Source: an uncultured Candidatus Saccharibacteria bacterium (GTDB taxonomy: Bacteria > Patescibacteriota > Minisyncoccia > Phycocordibacterales > UBA9973). Taken from it: DNA of 64,000 bases. The notes under the pieces were generated by a model. That model worked only from the letters and a program-made list of their open reading frames with translations, was not told the DNA's origin and did no database searches. Positions 27,711-37,544 of the stretch are shown in pieces (position 1 is the stretch's first letter; the number at the start of each line of letters is the position of its first letter). The position numbers and the translations under genes were made by a program. Where the stretch lies: positions 408 through 64,407 of the forward strand of contig CAYYNN010000001.1 in NCBI GenBank assembly GCA_964473175.1. The letters run 5' to 3'.

Positions 27711-29439
27711 CAATCAGTTTTTATATAAAAGTTATAGGGCATGGATCGGAACGGTATTGGCTGTAGCATTGGTTTTTGTTCCTGTGAATGCAGATGCTGC
27801 AACGCTTGCATTATCTCCAGCATCCACAAAAGTATCTGTAGGCAATATTGTTTCTGTGACACTCTCGCTCAATACAGCAGGTGTTGCTATCAATAACGCT
27901 GAAAGCGTTGTGCAGTTTCCTTCAGATTTATTGGAAGTAGTTTCGTTAAGTAAGAACTCATCTATCTTTTCATTATGGGTCGAAGAACCAACTTTTTCCA
28001 ATACTGCTGGTACGGTATCACTCAACGGTGGTGTTGCGAATCCTGGTTTCAATGGGAGTAGTGGTACACTTGCAACGATTATTTTTAAGGCAAAAAAGTC
28101 TGGCACCGCAACAGTTGTTTTTGCGGATGGCGCAGTACGAGCAAATGATGGTCTTGGTACCAATGTGTTAACTTCAAAAAGTGGGAGCACTATAGAGATA
28201 GCTCCACCCAAAGAGATAATGCCGGTTATGCCTGCTGTTCCTACTACCTCAGCTATCATCACGGTGCCTGCTGCGACAACATTAACACCTACGATCACTT
28301 CTGATACTCACCCAGAACAACATGTATGGTATTCAAATAGTACTGCGACATTTAGTTGGAAAGTTCCAAAGGGAGTGACTGGGCTACTCGCAGAGCTCAA
28401 TAAGACCGATGGTTCAACACCCAAAATTTCATATGATAGATCGGTTACCCAAAAAACACTCACAGGGCTCTCTGATGGAACATATTATTTTCATGTGAGA
28501 TACAAAGTAGGAACAGCGCTAGGTCCTGTAAATACATATAGAATTAATGTCGATACAACAGCACCGCCTTCCTTTGTTCCTACGCTTCGAACTGATGCTA
28601 AGCAGCAATACCTGTCACTGAATGCAGAGGATGCACTCTCAGGTATTAGTAGGTACACACTACGGATTGATGATAAGTCAGATATCGCGATAGATGTCAG
28701 TACACTCATAAATGGAGAATACCACCTTCCTGTACTAGTAGACGGTACACACAACATTGTGGTGACCGCATATGATAATGCTGGTAATAGTACCTCAGAA
28801 CATGTTGCGTACATAAGCCCGTATATCTCGAGCCCGGTATTTGAGTCAAGTGCTGACAATATTCATAAGGGGGAGCAAGTCACCATATCGGGCACAAGTG
28901 AGTATCCTGGCGCACAAGTAGCGATAGTTCTTGAAGTAAATGGTATAGAGATTAAAACATATCTTGAAACAGTCTCTGCTGATGGAACTTTCAGTATCAC
29001 CACTGATGCTTTGCAGAAAGTAGGGACAGTTACCGTGACTGCAAAAAATGTATTTTCTGAAAGTGTATACAGTCCCTTTTCAGAAAAGCTACAGTTCATT
29101 GTTCGAGAAACTGATGTTGCAAGAATAAGTATTGCTATTGTGTGGGTTATTGGAGCTGCGATCTCCGTCTTTATATTACTACTTCTGTTATATATCGGAT
29201 GGCGTAAGTTCTTATTATTACGTGCAAAAACAAAGCACGGACTCGAGCAAGCAATAGCTGATGCACACACTGCTACTACAATGTTGAAAGCAGAACTTGT
29301 TGATCAGTTAATGACTCTTGAGAAAAAACGCGTTGATCGTAATCTCAACAATGAAGAAGAGCGGATCTTTAAGGAAATAGAAAAAAATATCGACGATATC
29401 GACAAGTTTATTGAAAAGAAACTCAAGAAGATGTTGTAG
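27703..29439 (+). CDS. membrane-anchored surface protein with N-terminal cohesin-like domain, Ig-like domains and cytoplasmic coiled-coil tail
   Basis: Signal peptide. Cohesin consensus features (VSVGNIVSVTLSLN ... FPSDLLEVVSL ... GTLATIIFKAKKSGTATVVF). FN3/Ig-like region. TM helix. Charged coiled-coil C-terminus. Confidence 0.6.
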   Translation: MHNNQFLYKSYRAWIGTVLAVALVFVPVNADAATLALSPASTKVSVGNIVSVTLSLNTAGVAINNAESVVQFPSDLLEVVSLSKNSSIFSLWVEEPTFSNTAGTVSLNGGVANPGFNGSSGTLATIIFKAKKSGTATVVFADGAVRANDGLGTNVLTSKSGSTIEIAPPKEIMPVMPAVPTTSAIITVPAATTLTPTITSDTHPEQHVWYSNSTATFSWKVPKGVTGLLAELNKTDGSTPKISYDRSVTQKTLTGLSDGTYYFHVRYKVGTALGPVNTYRINVDTTAPPSFVPTLRTDAKQQYLSLNAEDALSGISRYTLRIDDKSDIAIDVSTLINGEYHLPVLVDGTHNIVVTAYDNAGNSTSEHVAYISPYISSPVFESSADNIHKGEQVTISGTSEYPGAQVAIVLEVNGIEIKTYLETVSADGTFSITTDALQKVGTVTVTAKNVFSESVYSPFSEKLQFIVRETDVARISIAIVWVIGAAISVFILLLLLYIGWRKFLLLRAKTKHGLEQAIADAHTATTMLKAELVDQLMTLEKKRVDRNLNNEEERIFKEIEKNIDDIDKFIEKKLKKML

Positions 29440-29445
29440 TATATA

Positions 29446-29742
29446 CTACTTGGTTGTTGATTTATTTCTGAACCATTTTTGTGTATCAGGTTTCCTGTGC
29501 GGGCAACCAGGCCAGCAACATGGACGTTTTTTCCCATCTTGTAATTGTGCGCAAAGTCGCTTGATATGCTCAGCTCGCGTATCGTCTTTTTTGACAATAG
29601 TGACCCAGCAAATCCATTCGTTACGTGCAAGTGGTGTCAACGTATCCCACAACCTCAAAGTATCTTTGTTCGAAGTTAGTGCTATCCGTAAGTCGTTTGG
29701 GGTTCGATGTATAAAAGTAGTGTTAGTTGTCTTGATACGCAT
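29446..29742 (-). CDS. YdeI/OmpD-associated family protein (DUF1801-like)
   Basis: W..LTP..R.E.I.WV...KK..TR..R pattern (LRLWDTLTPLARNEWICWVTIVKKDDTRAEHIKRL). Start trimmed to the internal Met. Confidence 0.6.
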   Translation of the reverse strand: MRIKTTNTTFIHRTPNDLRIALTSNKDTLRLWDTLTPLARNEWICWVTIVKKDDTRAEHIKRLCAQLQDGKKRPCCWPGCPHRKPDTQKWFRNKSTTK

Positions 29743-29819
29743 AGTAAAAGTATAGCAAAGTTTGGAACACCTTATTTGGTACAGCAAAATACCTTGATAA
29801 ATATAGCTTTTAAATTCTG

Positions 29820-29891
29820 TGACCCCACGGAGAGTCGAACTCCGCTTCTATCCTTGAGAAGGATATGTCCTAACCGATAGACGATGGGGCC
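29820..29891 (-). tRNA. tRNA-Glu (anticodon CTC)
   Basis: Reverse complement folds as a cloverleaf: GGCCCCA acceptor, GTCT/AGAC D-stem, TATCC-TTCTCAA-GGATA anticodon arm, GTTCGACTC T-arm. No encoded CCA. Confidence 0.85.
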
Positions 29892-29944
29892 AGTGTGTGT
29901 CGTGCTTGCATACTATAGCTTGCAAGGGTGTATAATTCAAGCAT

Positions 29945-30415
29945 ATGAAGAAACGATATTTATTACTGATACTAATACTAGGATTTGGGACCGTTTTTTG
30001 GCTTTTGGTCAGGAATGCTGCTGCGCCAATGACTTCTGTTGGGAAAAATGCAAACGACCCATCATTGGCTCCTGAAACACTTCCTGCACAAAAAGAAGGT
30101 TTGATTGTAGTCACGACTCCGTTACCGCAATCACAGGTGAGTTTACCGCTCATTATTAAAGGAAAGGCGAGAGGCAACTGGTATTTTGAAGGGTCGTTCT
30201 CGGTGACACTTGTTGATGGGCAGGGTACTGTCCTAGCCCAAGCGCCTGCCACTGCACAGGGTGATTGGATGACAACTGAGTATGTACCATTCACTCTTTC
30301 ATTGTCCTATACTGCTCCACTAAGTCCGACACAGGGATACGTGATACTCAAAAAGGATAACCCTAGCGGCGAGCCACAGTTCGACGATCAGCTTTCGATA
30401 CCCGTAACTATATAA
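29945..30415 (+). CDS. Gmad2 immunoglobulin-like domain secreted protein
   Basis: Signal peptide. Gmad2-like pattern (PLIIKGKARGNWYFEGSFSVTLVDGQG ... GYVILKKDNPSGE). Confidence 0.6.
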   Translation: MKKRYLLLILILGFGTVFWLLVRNAAAPMTSVGKNANDPSLAPETLPAQKEGLIVVTTPLPQSQVSLPLIIKGKARGNWYFEGSFSVTLVDGQGTVLAQAPATAQGDWMTTEYVPFTLSLSYTAPLSPTQGYVILKKDNPSGEPQFDDQLSIPVTI

Positions 30416-30419
30416 AACT

Positions 30420-31187
30420 ATGCAAACAAAACTTTCAGCAACACAAATTATCTTTAGCGTACTCGTCGTCATTGCGCTCGTCGGATGGTTTGTCATAAAT
30501 AGAACAAAGCATGTACCAGCACCTGTGGCGACCGCTCCTGAGACCATACTACCGACAGGAACACAGTGGCCATCTGTCGAAGTGAAAAAAGAGACATTCA
30601 GTGACTCCAATCAGTATTACACGATAGATGCAGCATATCCTTTGACTGCAGACCCACGCATTAGCGATGGATTGAAATCATTTATCGATGATCAGATTGC
30701 GCAATTCAAAAGCGATACGTCATGGGCGACTGATCCAAGTATTAGCTCTGCCTCTGAAGGGACATTGTCACTTTCTATAGATTATAAAGAACAAAAATCT
30801 AAAAATGCAGATGTCTACATATTTAGCATTTCAACATACACTGGTGGTGCTCACGGGCTGCAGTTCACTCGTACGTTTAACTATGATCAAAACGGCAAAG
30901 TAGTAGCACTCGCTGAGCTCTTTACTAATGGAGAGAAAGGATTGGAAACTATTGCTCCTTTTGTACAAAAAGCGATTACTGCCAAGAAAATATCTGACGC
31001 CGATTGGATAAAGGATGGAACAGCTCCAACACTTGAGAACTACCAATCATTTGTTATTTCAGATGAAGGAGTAACGTTTATCTTTGATGCATATCAAGTG
31101 GCTCCATATGCTGCGGGAACACAGAGTATCCTTGTGCCCATCACTGCGTTCAAATCAATAGCAAATCCACAAATATTTACGAAGTAA
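30420..31187 (+). CDS. DUF3298/DUF4163 (RsiV/PdaC-like) domain protein, membrane anchored
   Basis: N-terminal TM. YYTIDAAYPL followed by the DUF4163 and DUF3298 pattern. Confidence 0.65.
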   Translation: MQTKLSATQIIFSVLVVIALVGWFVINRTKHVPAPVATAPETILPTGTQWPSVEVKKETFSDSNQYYTIDAAYPLTADPRISDGLKSFIDDQIAQFKSDTSWATDPSISSASEGTLSLSIDYKEQKSKNADVYIFSISTYTGGAHGLQFTRTFNYDQNGKVVALAELFTNGEKGLETIAPFVQKAITAKKISDADWIKDGTAPTLENYQSFVISDEGVTFIFDAYQVAPYAAGTQSILVPITAFKSIANPQIFTK

Positions 31188-32246
31188 TTATTCTAGGGTA
31201 CGTTCTATATCACTGTCTCCAAGAACGAGGGGTTCGAGCGTGCTTTCACTTGCAGTAATCCGCATAACGTCTTTGTCTACTTTTTTGAGTTCTTTGGACG
31301 CGCTGTTGTAATGGTTCACAACAGTTTTTAGTGTCGTGCCAAGTTTGTTGTGATATTCCTCATACGCATATAAATGTTTGCCGAGTTCATCAACACGTTT
31401 GCGGATTTCTTTGGCACTTTCTTCTATTTGCATTGCTTTGAGGCCTTGTAATACTGTTTGCAAATAGGCGAGGAACGAAGTTGGGGAGACAATAATAACT
31501 CGGTACTTCGATGCTGCGCGTTGTATCAAGTTCTCTGCATCTTCTCCTGCGCCGACGGTGCCCACAAGGAGATCGTAATAAATAGCTTCATGGGGTATGA
31601 ACATAAAGGCAAAGTCCATGGTGTTGTTCTCGGGCTGGATATATTTGGACGTTTCAGCAATGCGGTTCTTGAGGTCGCTTTCAAAAAGCTTTGCGAGGTC
31701 ACGTTTACGCATTGGTTCTTTTTCCTCTACCATGCGGTTATAGTTTTCTAATGAAAATTTTGAATCAACAGGGATGACTTTGTCTTTCACAAAGACGGCA
31801 GCGTCCACGATCGTGCCATCAGGGAATCCATACTGCATAGCGTATCCAGAAGGCGGGAGTATGTTTTTTAAAAGTGTTTCAAGATAATATTCACCAAGTA
31901 CGCCGCGTTGTTTTGGGTTCTTCAAAATATCTTGGAGTTGTTGGAGTCCTTCAGCAAAACCGATAACTTGTTTGTTGCCTTCATCCAGGCGCGTGAGGCG
32001 TTCTGTAATATCTCCGATAATACGGACACTTTCAGAGCTTTGGTGGCGCATACTCTCACGCATACTTTTTTCGCTTTCAGAGAGTTTTGCGTCGACTGTT
32101 TTCTGGAGATCACCAACCTGCTGCATGAGAAGTTGAAATCCTGTCGCAGTATTGTCTTGCACAGGTTCGACTTTCTTTGATTTGGTTAAAAAATAGACAA
32201 CTCCGCCACCGAGAAGTATGCCAATAATAGTATAGATAGTTTGCAT
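31188..32246 (-). CDS. rmuC: DNA recombination protein RmuC
   Basis: N-terminal TM and long coiled coil. C-terminal RmuC nuclease-like region with the conserved GEYYLETLL-type motif. Confidence 0.85.
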   Translation of the reverse strand: MQTIYTIIGILLGGGVVYFLTKSKKVEPVQDNTATGFQLLMQQVGDLQKTVDAKLSESEKSMRESMRHQSSESVRIIGDITERLTRLDEGNKQVIGFAEGLQQLQDILKNPKQRGVLGEYYLETLLKNILPPSGYAMQYGFPDGTIVDAAVFVKDKVIPVDSKFSLENYNRMVEEKEPMRKRDLAKLFESDLKNRIAETSKYIQPENNTMDFAFMFIPHEAIYYDLLVGTVGAGEDAENLIQRAASKYRVIIVSPTSFLAYLQTVLQGLKAMQIEESAKEIRKRVDELGKHLYAYEEYHNKLGTTLKTVVNHYNSASKELKKVDKDVMRITASESTLEPLVLGDSDIERTLE

Positions 32247-32265
32247 AGAGGTATTGTAGCATGCG

Positions 32266-32294
32266 CAAAAAAAGCCGGACTGAGGTATCCGGCC
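32266..32294 (-). terminator. rho-independent terminator for the 32301-32744 minus-strand gene
   Basis: gccgga...tccggc hairpin. On the minus strand it is followed by a U-run (plus-strand A7). Confidence 0.6.
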
Positions 32295-32300
32295 AATTAT

Positions 32301-32744
32301 TTACACTTTACATTTTCTTGCGAGTTCACGAATGAGACCATAATACTGAACTTCCCAATCGAGGGACTCAGAAAATAACAAAGTACCTCTGAGAACATGT
32401 TTCATTTGTAGTTCAACTTGTGAAATTGCGTATACAACATCTTTAGGCTCCCATAACAAGAGGGAAGTGTATACGTTGTTGATATCAAATGGTCGAGTAT
32501 CTAAACGAAACTTTTCTCCAAGTAATGTCGTACTGTAATCACACGTAAGCACTACATGTATCCCGGCGAGATGTGCTGTTGCTTGTGTATCATACAGGTG
32601 ATATGCAATTTTTGGGGTAAAATCGTTTTTCACCGCACCGTCTCCTGGAACAAATTCAATCTTTAGTTCTTTGTGGTGTTCACCAAAACGTTTCGTCTTA
32701 AGAATAACGTTGGTATCAATTTTTGCAAAATAAAAGGTACTCAT
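32301..32744 (-). CDS. hypothetical protein (147 aa)
   Basis: ORF with a clean terminator. No motif recognised. Confidence 0.45.
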   Translation of the reverse strand: MSTFYFAKIDTNVILKTKRFGEHHKELKIEFVPGDGAVKNDFTPKIAYHLYDTQATAHLAGIHVVLTCDYSTTLLGEKFRLDTRPFDINNVYTSLLLWEPKDVVYAISQVELQMKHVLRGTLLFSESLDWEVQYYGLIRELARKCKV

Positions 32745-32793
32745 ATAATGTATATTTTTTTATACTATACATTATCTTTAATTAAAGTCAATT

Positions 32794-33513
32794 CTATGCG
32801 AGATACTTTTCTAATGTGAAAATCCAATCTTCTTCACCTTCAGGTTTTTTACGTTTCTCATCGAGGAGCCATTGGAGGTACCCCTTATCCGTCTTCGCGA
32901 CTTCTTCAATAGTTTTGCCTCGATGTTTACCGAACGGTATATCTTTCAAAATAGAAGGTTCAGCCGTAATCTGTTGCATGCGTAGCAGTGCTGTCGGTTG
33001 ATCGATATGTTCATCATGCATCATTTTGTTCAATAGATAATCAAAGAGTTGTTCGAGTACCATCACATCAGCAAGTGCGTCATGTGCGCCCACCTCAAGC
33101 TCCATACCAAGGGCATATCGTAAATATTGGAGTTTGTAATTAGTAAATCTTCGCTCTGTGTCGATACTTCGGATAACTTTGAGGGTACAAATAGTGTTCG
33201 TCGGTACAATAGCATCAACCTTGAGCATACCCACATCAAATGAACAGTTGTGCGCAACAAAAATATTGTCAGCACTTTCAAAAAGGTTTTTAGTACTCGC
33301 ATATTCGTTACTTTCTTTAAATAGTGGTTTATCAGCAACCATTTTGTTGGTGATGTGGTGCACTGCACTCGCTTCATGTGTTATGGGCACTGACGGTTTA
33401 TACATTTCATTGAGTATAGGAGAAGGGTTGGCACGCTGAGTAATCGCGAGCTGGACAAGCTGGTCAGTGGGCCCATTTCCTGTTGTTTCAGTGTCAAAAA
33501 AATAGATGTTCAT
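32794..33513 (-). CDS. DEDDh 3'-5' exonuclease (DnaQ-like) with C-terminal DUF3820-like domain
   Basis: Exo I FFDTETTG, Exo II VAHNCSFDVGML and Exo III GAHDALADV motifs. C-terminal FGKHRGKTIEEV...GYLQWLL. Confidence 0.75.
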   Translation of the reverse strand: MNIYFFDTETTGNGPTDQLVQLAITQRANPSPILNEMYKPSVPITHEASAVHHITNKMVADKPLFKESNEYASTKNLFESADNIFVAHNCSFDVGMLKVDAIVPTNTICTLKVIRSIDTERRFTNYKLQYLRYALGMELEVGAHDALADVMVLEQLFDYLLNKMMHDEHIDQPTALLRMQQITAEPSILKDIPFGKHRGKTIEEVAKTDKGYLQWLLDEKRKKPEGEEDWIFTLEKYLA

Positions 33514-33544
33514 ACCATATAGTGTAGCATGGTATAATAACGAT

Positions 33545-33997
33545 ATGATCTCAATAGATATCCGTGAAAAAATGAAGGACGCAATGCGTGCAAAGGATCA
33601 AGTAGCACTTGATACCTATCGAGGACTACTCTCTGCATTTACCAACGAGCTCGTTGCTGCAGGTAAAACTCCGCAAGACGAAATCACTGACGAAATAGCG
33701 CTGTCGGTTATCAAGCGAACAATCAAACAACGCAAAGATGCTATTGCGCAGTTTGAAGCAGGAGGCAGACAAGACCTCGCAGATGCAGACAAACGACAAC
33801 TTGCACTACTGGATATATTTCAGCCGGCACAGATGTCTGAAGAGAGTATTCGCGCTATCGCAAAAACAAAAAAAGCAGACCTCGCTATTACCGATAAAGC
33901 AAAAATAGGGATTCTTGTCGGAGCTGTGATGAAAGAAACTGCGGGCAACGCCGATGGGCAAGTGGTGAAAAAGATTGTAGAAGACCTATTTATTTAA
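33545..33997 (+). CDS. GatB/YqeY domain protein
   Basis: Full-length similarity to the YqeY pattern (DAMRAKDQVALDTYRGLLSAF ... GILVGAVMKETAGNADGQVVKKIVEDL). Confidence 0.8.
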   Translation: MISIDIREKMKDAMRAKDQVALDTYRGLLSAFTNELVAAGKTPQDEITDEIALSVIKRTIKQRKDAIAQFEAGGRQDLADADKRQLALLDIFQPAQMSEESIRAIAKTKKADLAITDKAKIGILVGAVMKETAGNADGQVVKKIVEDLFI

Positions 33998-34022
33998 CTA
34001 CTTATATATTATACTTATTCCT

Positions 34023-34358
34023 ATGATATTACTTCGCTGGTTCATCACGACGCTCGCAATATTTGCATTGCCATCATTTGTTCATGGGATTGCTGTCAAC
34101 TCACTTCTAACGGCACTTATCGTGTCAGTATGTCTCGTGTTCATCAACATGGTCATCAAGCCTATTGTGACATTGCTTACGCTACCAATTAACATTCTCA
34201 CTCTTGGATTGTTTTCCATAATTCTCAATGGCGCTTTCTTCTGGCTCGTCGCACAAATCATCTCAGGATTTACTGTTGCCTCGTTTACTGCCGCAGTTAT
34301 CGGCGCACTTGTTATCTCTGTAATCAACTGGATTATCAACCACTTCATCAAGGATTAA
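34023..34358 (+). CDS. YvlD-like phage holin family (PF04020-type) membrane protein
   Basis: 111 aa, four TM segments, with the characteristic N-terminal LLRWFITTLAI and IIS..INWIIN pattern. Confidence 0.6.
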   Translation: MILLRWFITTLAIFALPSFVHGIAVNSLLTALIVSVCLVFINMVIKPIVTLLTLPINILTLGLFSIILNGAFFWLVAQIISGFTVASFTAAVIGALVISVINWIINHFIKD

Positions 34359-34359
34359 T

Positions 34360-35244
34360 ATGGCAGTACTCACGATAGCGACGCATGATGGAACATTCCA
34401 CACGGATGATGTTTTTGCCTGCGCCACGCTTTCGCTTGCATTCAAAGATCAAGAAATAGAAATTGTGAGAACCCGTGATGGAGATACGATTAATAACGCA
34501 GATATTGTTTTTGATGTAGGAGATGTCTATGATAGCGCGCTTAAACGGTTTGATCATCATCAAAAGGGGGGTACAGAAGATAGAGAAAATGGTATCCCGT
34601 ATGCTTCTTTTGGATTAGTTTGGAAAGAATACGGCACGCTTCTTTGTGGAGATGCAATTGTTGCTGAACTTATCGATGAGCGACTAGTGCAGTGTATTGA
34701 TGGTCCAGACAACGGCATAGGACAAATCAACATGAACAACGGCTATTATCCATACGGTATCATTGACGTCATCATTGCAGAACGTCCAACCTGGCAAGAG
34801 TCGCTGAGCATGGATGAAGCATTTATGAGTGCAGTGAACATCGCAATGCATGTGTTAACGCGGTCTATTGCACACACACAAAGCTATATACAAGCAAAAG
34901 GATTATTACAAAATTCCTATGACGCAGCACCAGACAAACGCATCATTGAGATTGATCGAGAATATCCTGGAACGGTCGAATTTGCAGCAGAGCACTCCGA
35001 CATACTCTACGTCATATATAAACGTGAAAGTTCGGGGTGGAGCGTCAAAGCTGCAAGACTAGATGGCAGTCTTTTTGAGTCACGAAAACCGCTTCCTCTG
35101 TCATGGGCAGGACTTAGAGATACACAACTACAACGTGAGACAGGAGTATCAGACGCCATATTTTGCCACAAAGCGCGCTTCATGGCAGTAGCAGCAAGTA
35201 GAGAAGGGGCTTGGGCATTAGCTAAAAGTGCGCTACAGTCTTAA
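34360..35244 (+). CDS. MYG1/UPF0160 family metal-dependent hydrolase
   Basis: THDGTFHTDDVFA motif (HxGxFHxDE) and an HHQKGG downstream His cluster. Confidence 0.8.
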   Translation: MAVLTIATHDGTFHTDDVFACATLSLAFKDQEIEIVRTRDGDTINNADIVFDVGDVYDSALKRFDHHQKGGTEDRENGIPYASFGLVWKEYGTLLCGDAIVAELIDERLVQCIDGPDNGIGQINMNNGYYPYGIIDVIIAERPTWQESLSMDEAFMSAVNIAMHVLTRSIAHTQSYIQAKGLLQNSYDAAPDKRIIEIDREYPGTVEFAAEHSDILYVIYKRESSGWSVKAARLDGSLFESRKPLPLSWAGLRDTQLQRETGVSDAIFCHKARFMAVAASREGAWALAKSALQS

Positions 35245-35247
35245 CCT

Positions 35248-36219
35248 ATGGCATTTCTCGACGAAATTACAATTAGCGCAAAGGCAGGTAAAGGGGGCGA
35301 CGGCGTCGTTCGCTGGAGACATGAGAAGTTCATTGCTATGGGTGGACCAAACGGTGGGGATGGAGGACGAGGTGGAGATGTATTTATACGTGGAATACGA
35401 AGTTTGCGTGTTCTTGATACCTATAAAAGCAAGAAAGAATACTTTGGTCATGACGGAGAGGCTGGAGGTGGGCGCAGTTTCAAAGGGGCAAACGGTGCAG
35501 ACCTTTATCTCGAATTTCCACTTGGCTCAATGATTACCAATACAACGACTGGTGCAACGTATGAACTCATCAAAGAAGGTCAAGAAATTCAAATCTTGAC
35601 CGGAGGAGTTGGAGGTCACGGAAACGAACATTTCAAAAGCTCTACCAACCGATCACCGGATGCTGCAACACTCGGCAAGCCTGGTGAAGAAGCAGAGCTG
35701 CACATCGAAGTGACTCTCATCGCAGATGTTGGACTTATCGGGTTTCCTAACGCTGGGAAGTCGAGTCTGTTAAATGCTATGACCAATGCACAGGCAAAAA
35801 CTGGCGACTACCCATTCACCACGCTCGACCCAAACCTAGGTGACTTGTACGGGTTTATCATTGCCGACATCCCGGGACTGATCGAAGGAGCGAGCGATGG
35901 TAAAGGGCTTGGTCATAAGTTCTTGCGACATATTAACAAGACGAAAGTGTTGGTACATCTTGTCTCTTTTGAGCAACCCAATATGATGAAAAGCTATACA
36001 ACTATTCGTGAAGAGCTTTTGAAGTTCAGTGATGATTTGGATAAAAAAGATGAAATCATTTTGTTAACAAAAACTGATACAGTGCCGACTGAAGCAGTCA
36101 GTGATGCACTCGCGAAGTTTAAGAAACTCGGTAAGCCAGTGTTTGCAGTGACATTGTTTGATGAAGAAGGTGTAAAAGCATTTAAACACAAACTGATTGA
36201 TATATTAAAAGGAGAATAA
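35248..36219 (+). CDS. obg: GTPase Obg/CgtA
   Basis: Gly-rich Obg fold (GGDGGRGGDV). G1 GFPNAGKSSL, G3 DIPGLIEGA and G4 TKTD motifs. Confidence 0.9.
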   Translation: MAFLDEITISAKAGKGGDGVVRWRHEKFIAMGGPNGGDGGRGGDVFIRGIRSLRVLDTYKSKKEYFGHDGEAGGGRSFKGANGADLYLEFPLGSMITNTTTGATYELIKEGQEIQILTGGVGGHGNEHFKSSTNRSPDAATLGKPGEEAELHIEVTLIADVGLIGFPNAGKSSLLNAMTNAQAKTGDYPFTTLDPNLGDLYGFIIADIPGLIEGASDGKGLGHKFLRHINKTKVLVHLVSFEQPNMMKSYTTIREELLKFSDDLDKKDEIILLTKTDTVPTEAVSDALAKFKKLGKPVFAVTLFDEEGVKAFKHKLIDILKGE

Positions 36220-36223
36220 TTAA

Positions 36224-36256
36224 GCCCCGGCAATACCGGGGCTGAACTTTTGTTTG
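36224..36256 (+). terminator. rho-independent terminator after obg
   Basis: gccccgg-caata-ccggggc followed by a U-rich tract. Confidence 0.6.
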
Positions 36257-36569
36257 TTGGCTAATTTGTTAGTGTAGAGCGATTAATCGTAATCTTCCAG
36301 GTATAGGTTGAGCATACAAATTGTTCAAAGGATGAGTAATCGAATCAATGAAATTTTCAGTTGAGTTCGTTTGCATATGCCTTTGATCAAGTTGTCGTTC
36401 AATCTTTCTGAGAAAGATGGTACGTAATAATTCCCGACAGGTAGGGGCATGGGATTTGCTCTGTTTTGGTGATGAAGTTTCTTTAGCCATAAAGAATAAG
36501 GGTTTAAATTGTTATGGAAAGCTTTTTCTTAACTCTACTCCTCTTATTGCATGAGTCAAGAGTGGGTAA

Positions 36570-36599
36570 TAAAAAACCGACCATGATAACATGATCGGT
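36570..36599 (-). terminator. rho-independent terminator for the 36618-37451 minus-strand gene
   Basis: accgaccatg-ataa-catgatcggt hairpin. The minus strand is followed by T6. Confidence 0.6.
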
Positions 36600-36617
36600 T
36601 TGTACAATGAAGATTTC

Positions 36618-37451
36618 TCACAACCCAGAAATCTTCGCAGCTATTGATTCCTTAATTTTTTCGAAGGTACGCGGCAAGAATTTTGCAAACATACCATTCG
36701 ATTCTTCTGGACTTAATCCATCCAATTCTTCTTGTTCCTTAGCGTAATCCATAGCGATAGTATCTTTGCTATTTTCTAGGAATTTTTCAATCTGACTGTC
36801 AGTGCGTGATCCTGGATTGCCGAGGATTGTGGTTTGGTATGTTATTGCAGCAAGTAATGCGATACTAGATTCAATTGTCGACTCATTGCTTACGGAAAAT
36901 TTGGGCATACCAAAGAATTGTTTTCTGTATAGTATTTCCCATGATAAGGAGCGGATACTAGCAATTGATACCTGGTCAGTGATGCCTTGAGCGGCCAATA
37001 ATGGATTGAGAATTTTCTCAGAAAGTCCAAGATGGTGCTCAGCGATTTTGTCAAATACCAATTCTATTTTCATTGTCGGGTTAATAGACAATTTAAATCC
37101 TTTCGCGGCCAGCATTTTGATGAACCGGTTAAGCTGAAGTTTCATTACAGAAGTTTGAAATTGATCCTCCTCTTTCTGTCTTAATACAGCACCATCTTTT
37201 TCCGTTTTATCCAATTCATTTTTTTTGGCTGTATTGATGGGTTTCCATGCAGTGATTTTGCTGCGAACAGCACTGATACCTTCAATAAAAATTTCAGGAA
37301 GATTCCCGTTCGCCTGACCAGTCTCAAGTGCCCAGAAAACGTGCTTCCGTTCATCTTCATTAAGTTGTTTAAATACATTTGTCTGGTTCGTGCCAGAGAT
37401 CAAAGATTGAATTTTTTCGTCAACCTGTGTTGTTGTTGGATTGAGTGTCAT
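36618..37451 (-). CDS. hypothetical protein (277 aa)
   Basis: ORF with a clean terminator. No motif recognised. Confidence 0.45.
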   Translation of the reverse strand: MTLNPTTTQVDEKIQSLISGTNQTNVFKQLNEDERKHVFWALETGQANGNLPEIFIEGISAVRSKITAWKPINTAKKNELDKTEKDGAVLRQKEEDQFQTSVMKLQLNRFIKMLAAKGFKLSINPTMKIELVFDKIAEHHLGLSEKILNPLLAAQGITDQVSIASIRSLSWEILYRKQFFGMPKFSVSNESTIESSIALLAAITYQTTILGNPGSRTDSQIEKFLENSKDTIAMDYAKEQEELDGLSPEESNGMFAKFLPRTFEKIKESIAAKISGL

Positions 37452-37544
37452 TGTACGTTATTTAGTTGTTAATAATTTAAATGTATATTACATATATTAG
37501 TTAAATTGTCAAGCAACTCTATAGCTATGCTATACTGTCACTTT

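Noticed and set aside
32745-32793. AT-rich tract between two minus-strand genes considered as a possible replication origin or regulatory element
   Set aside because: It is too short, and no DnaA-box-like repeats are visible. It is most simply the promoter region of the 32301-32744 gene.
36269-36490. 73-aa minus-strand ORF
   Set aside because: It has no RBS, an odd composition, and lies inside an otherwise non-coding, terminator-flanked region. It is probably spurious.
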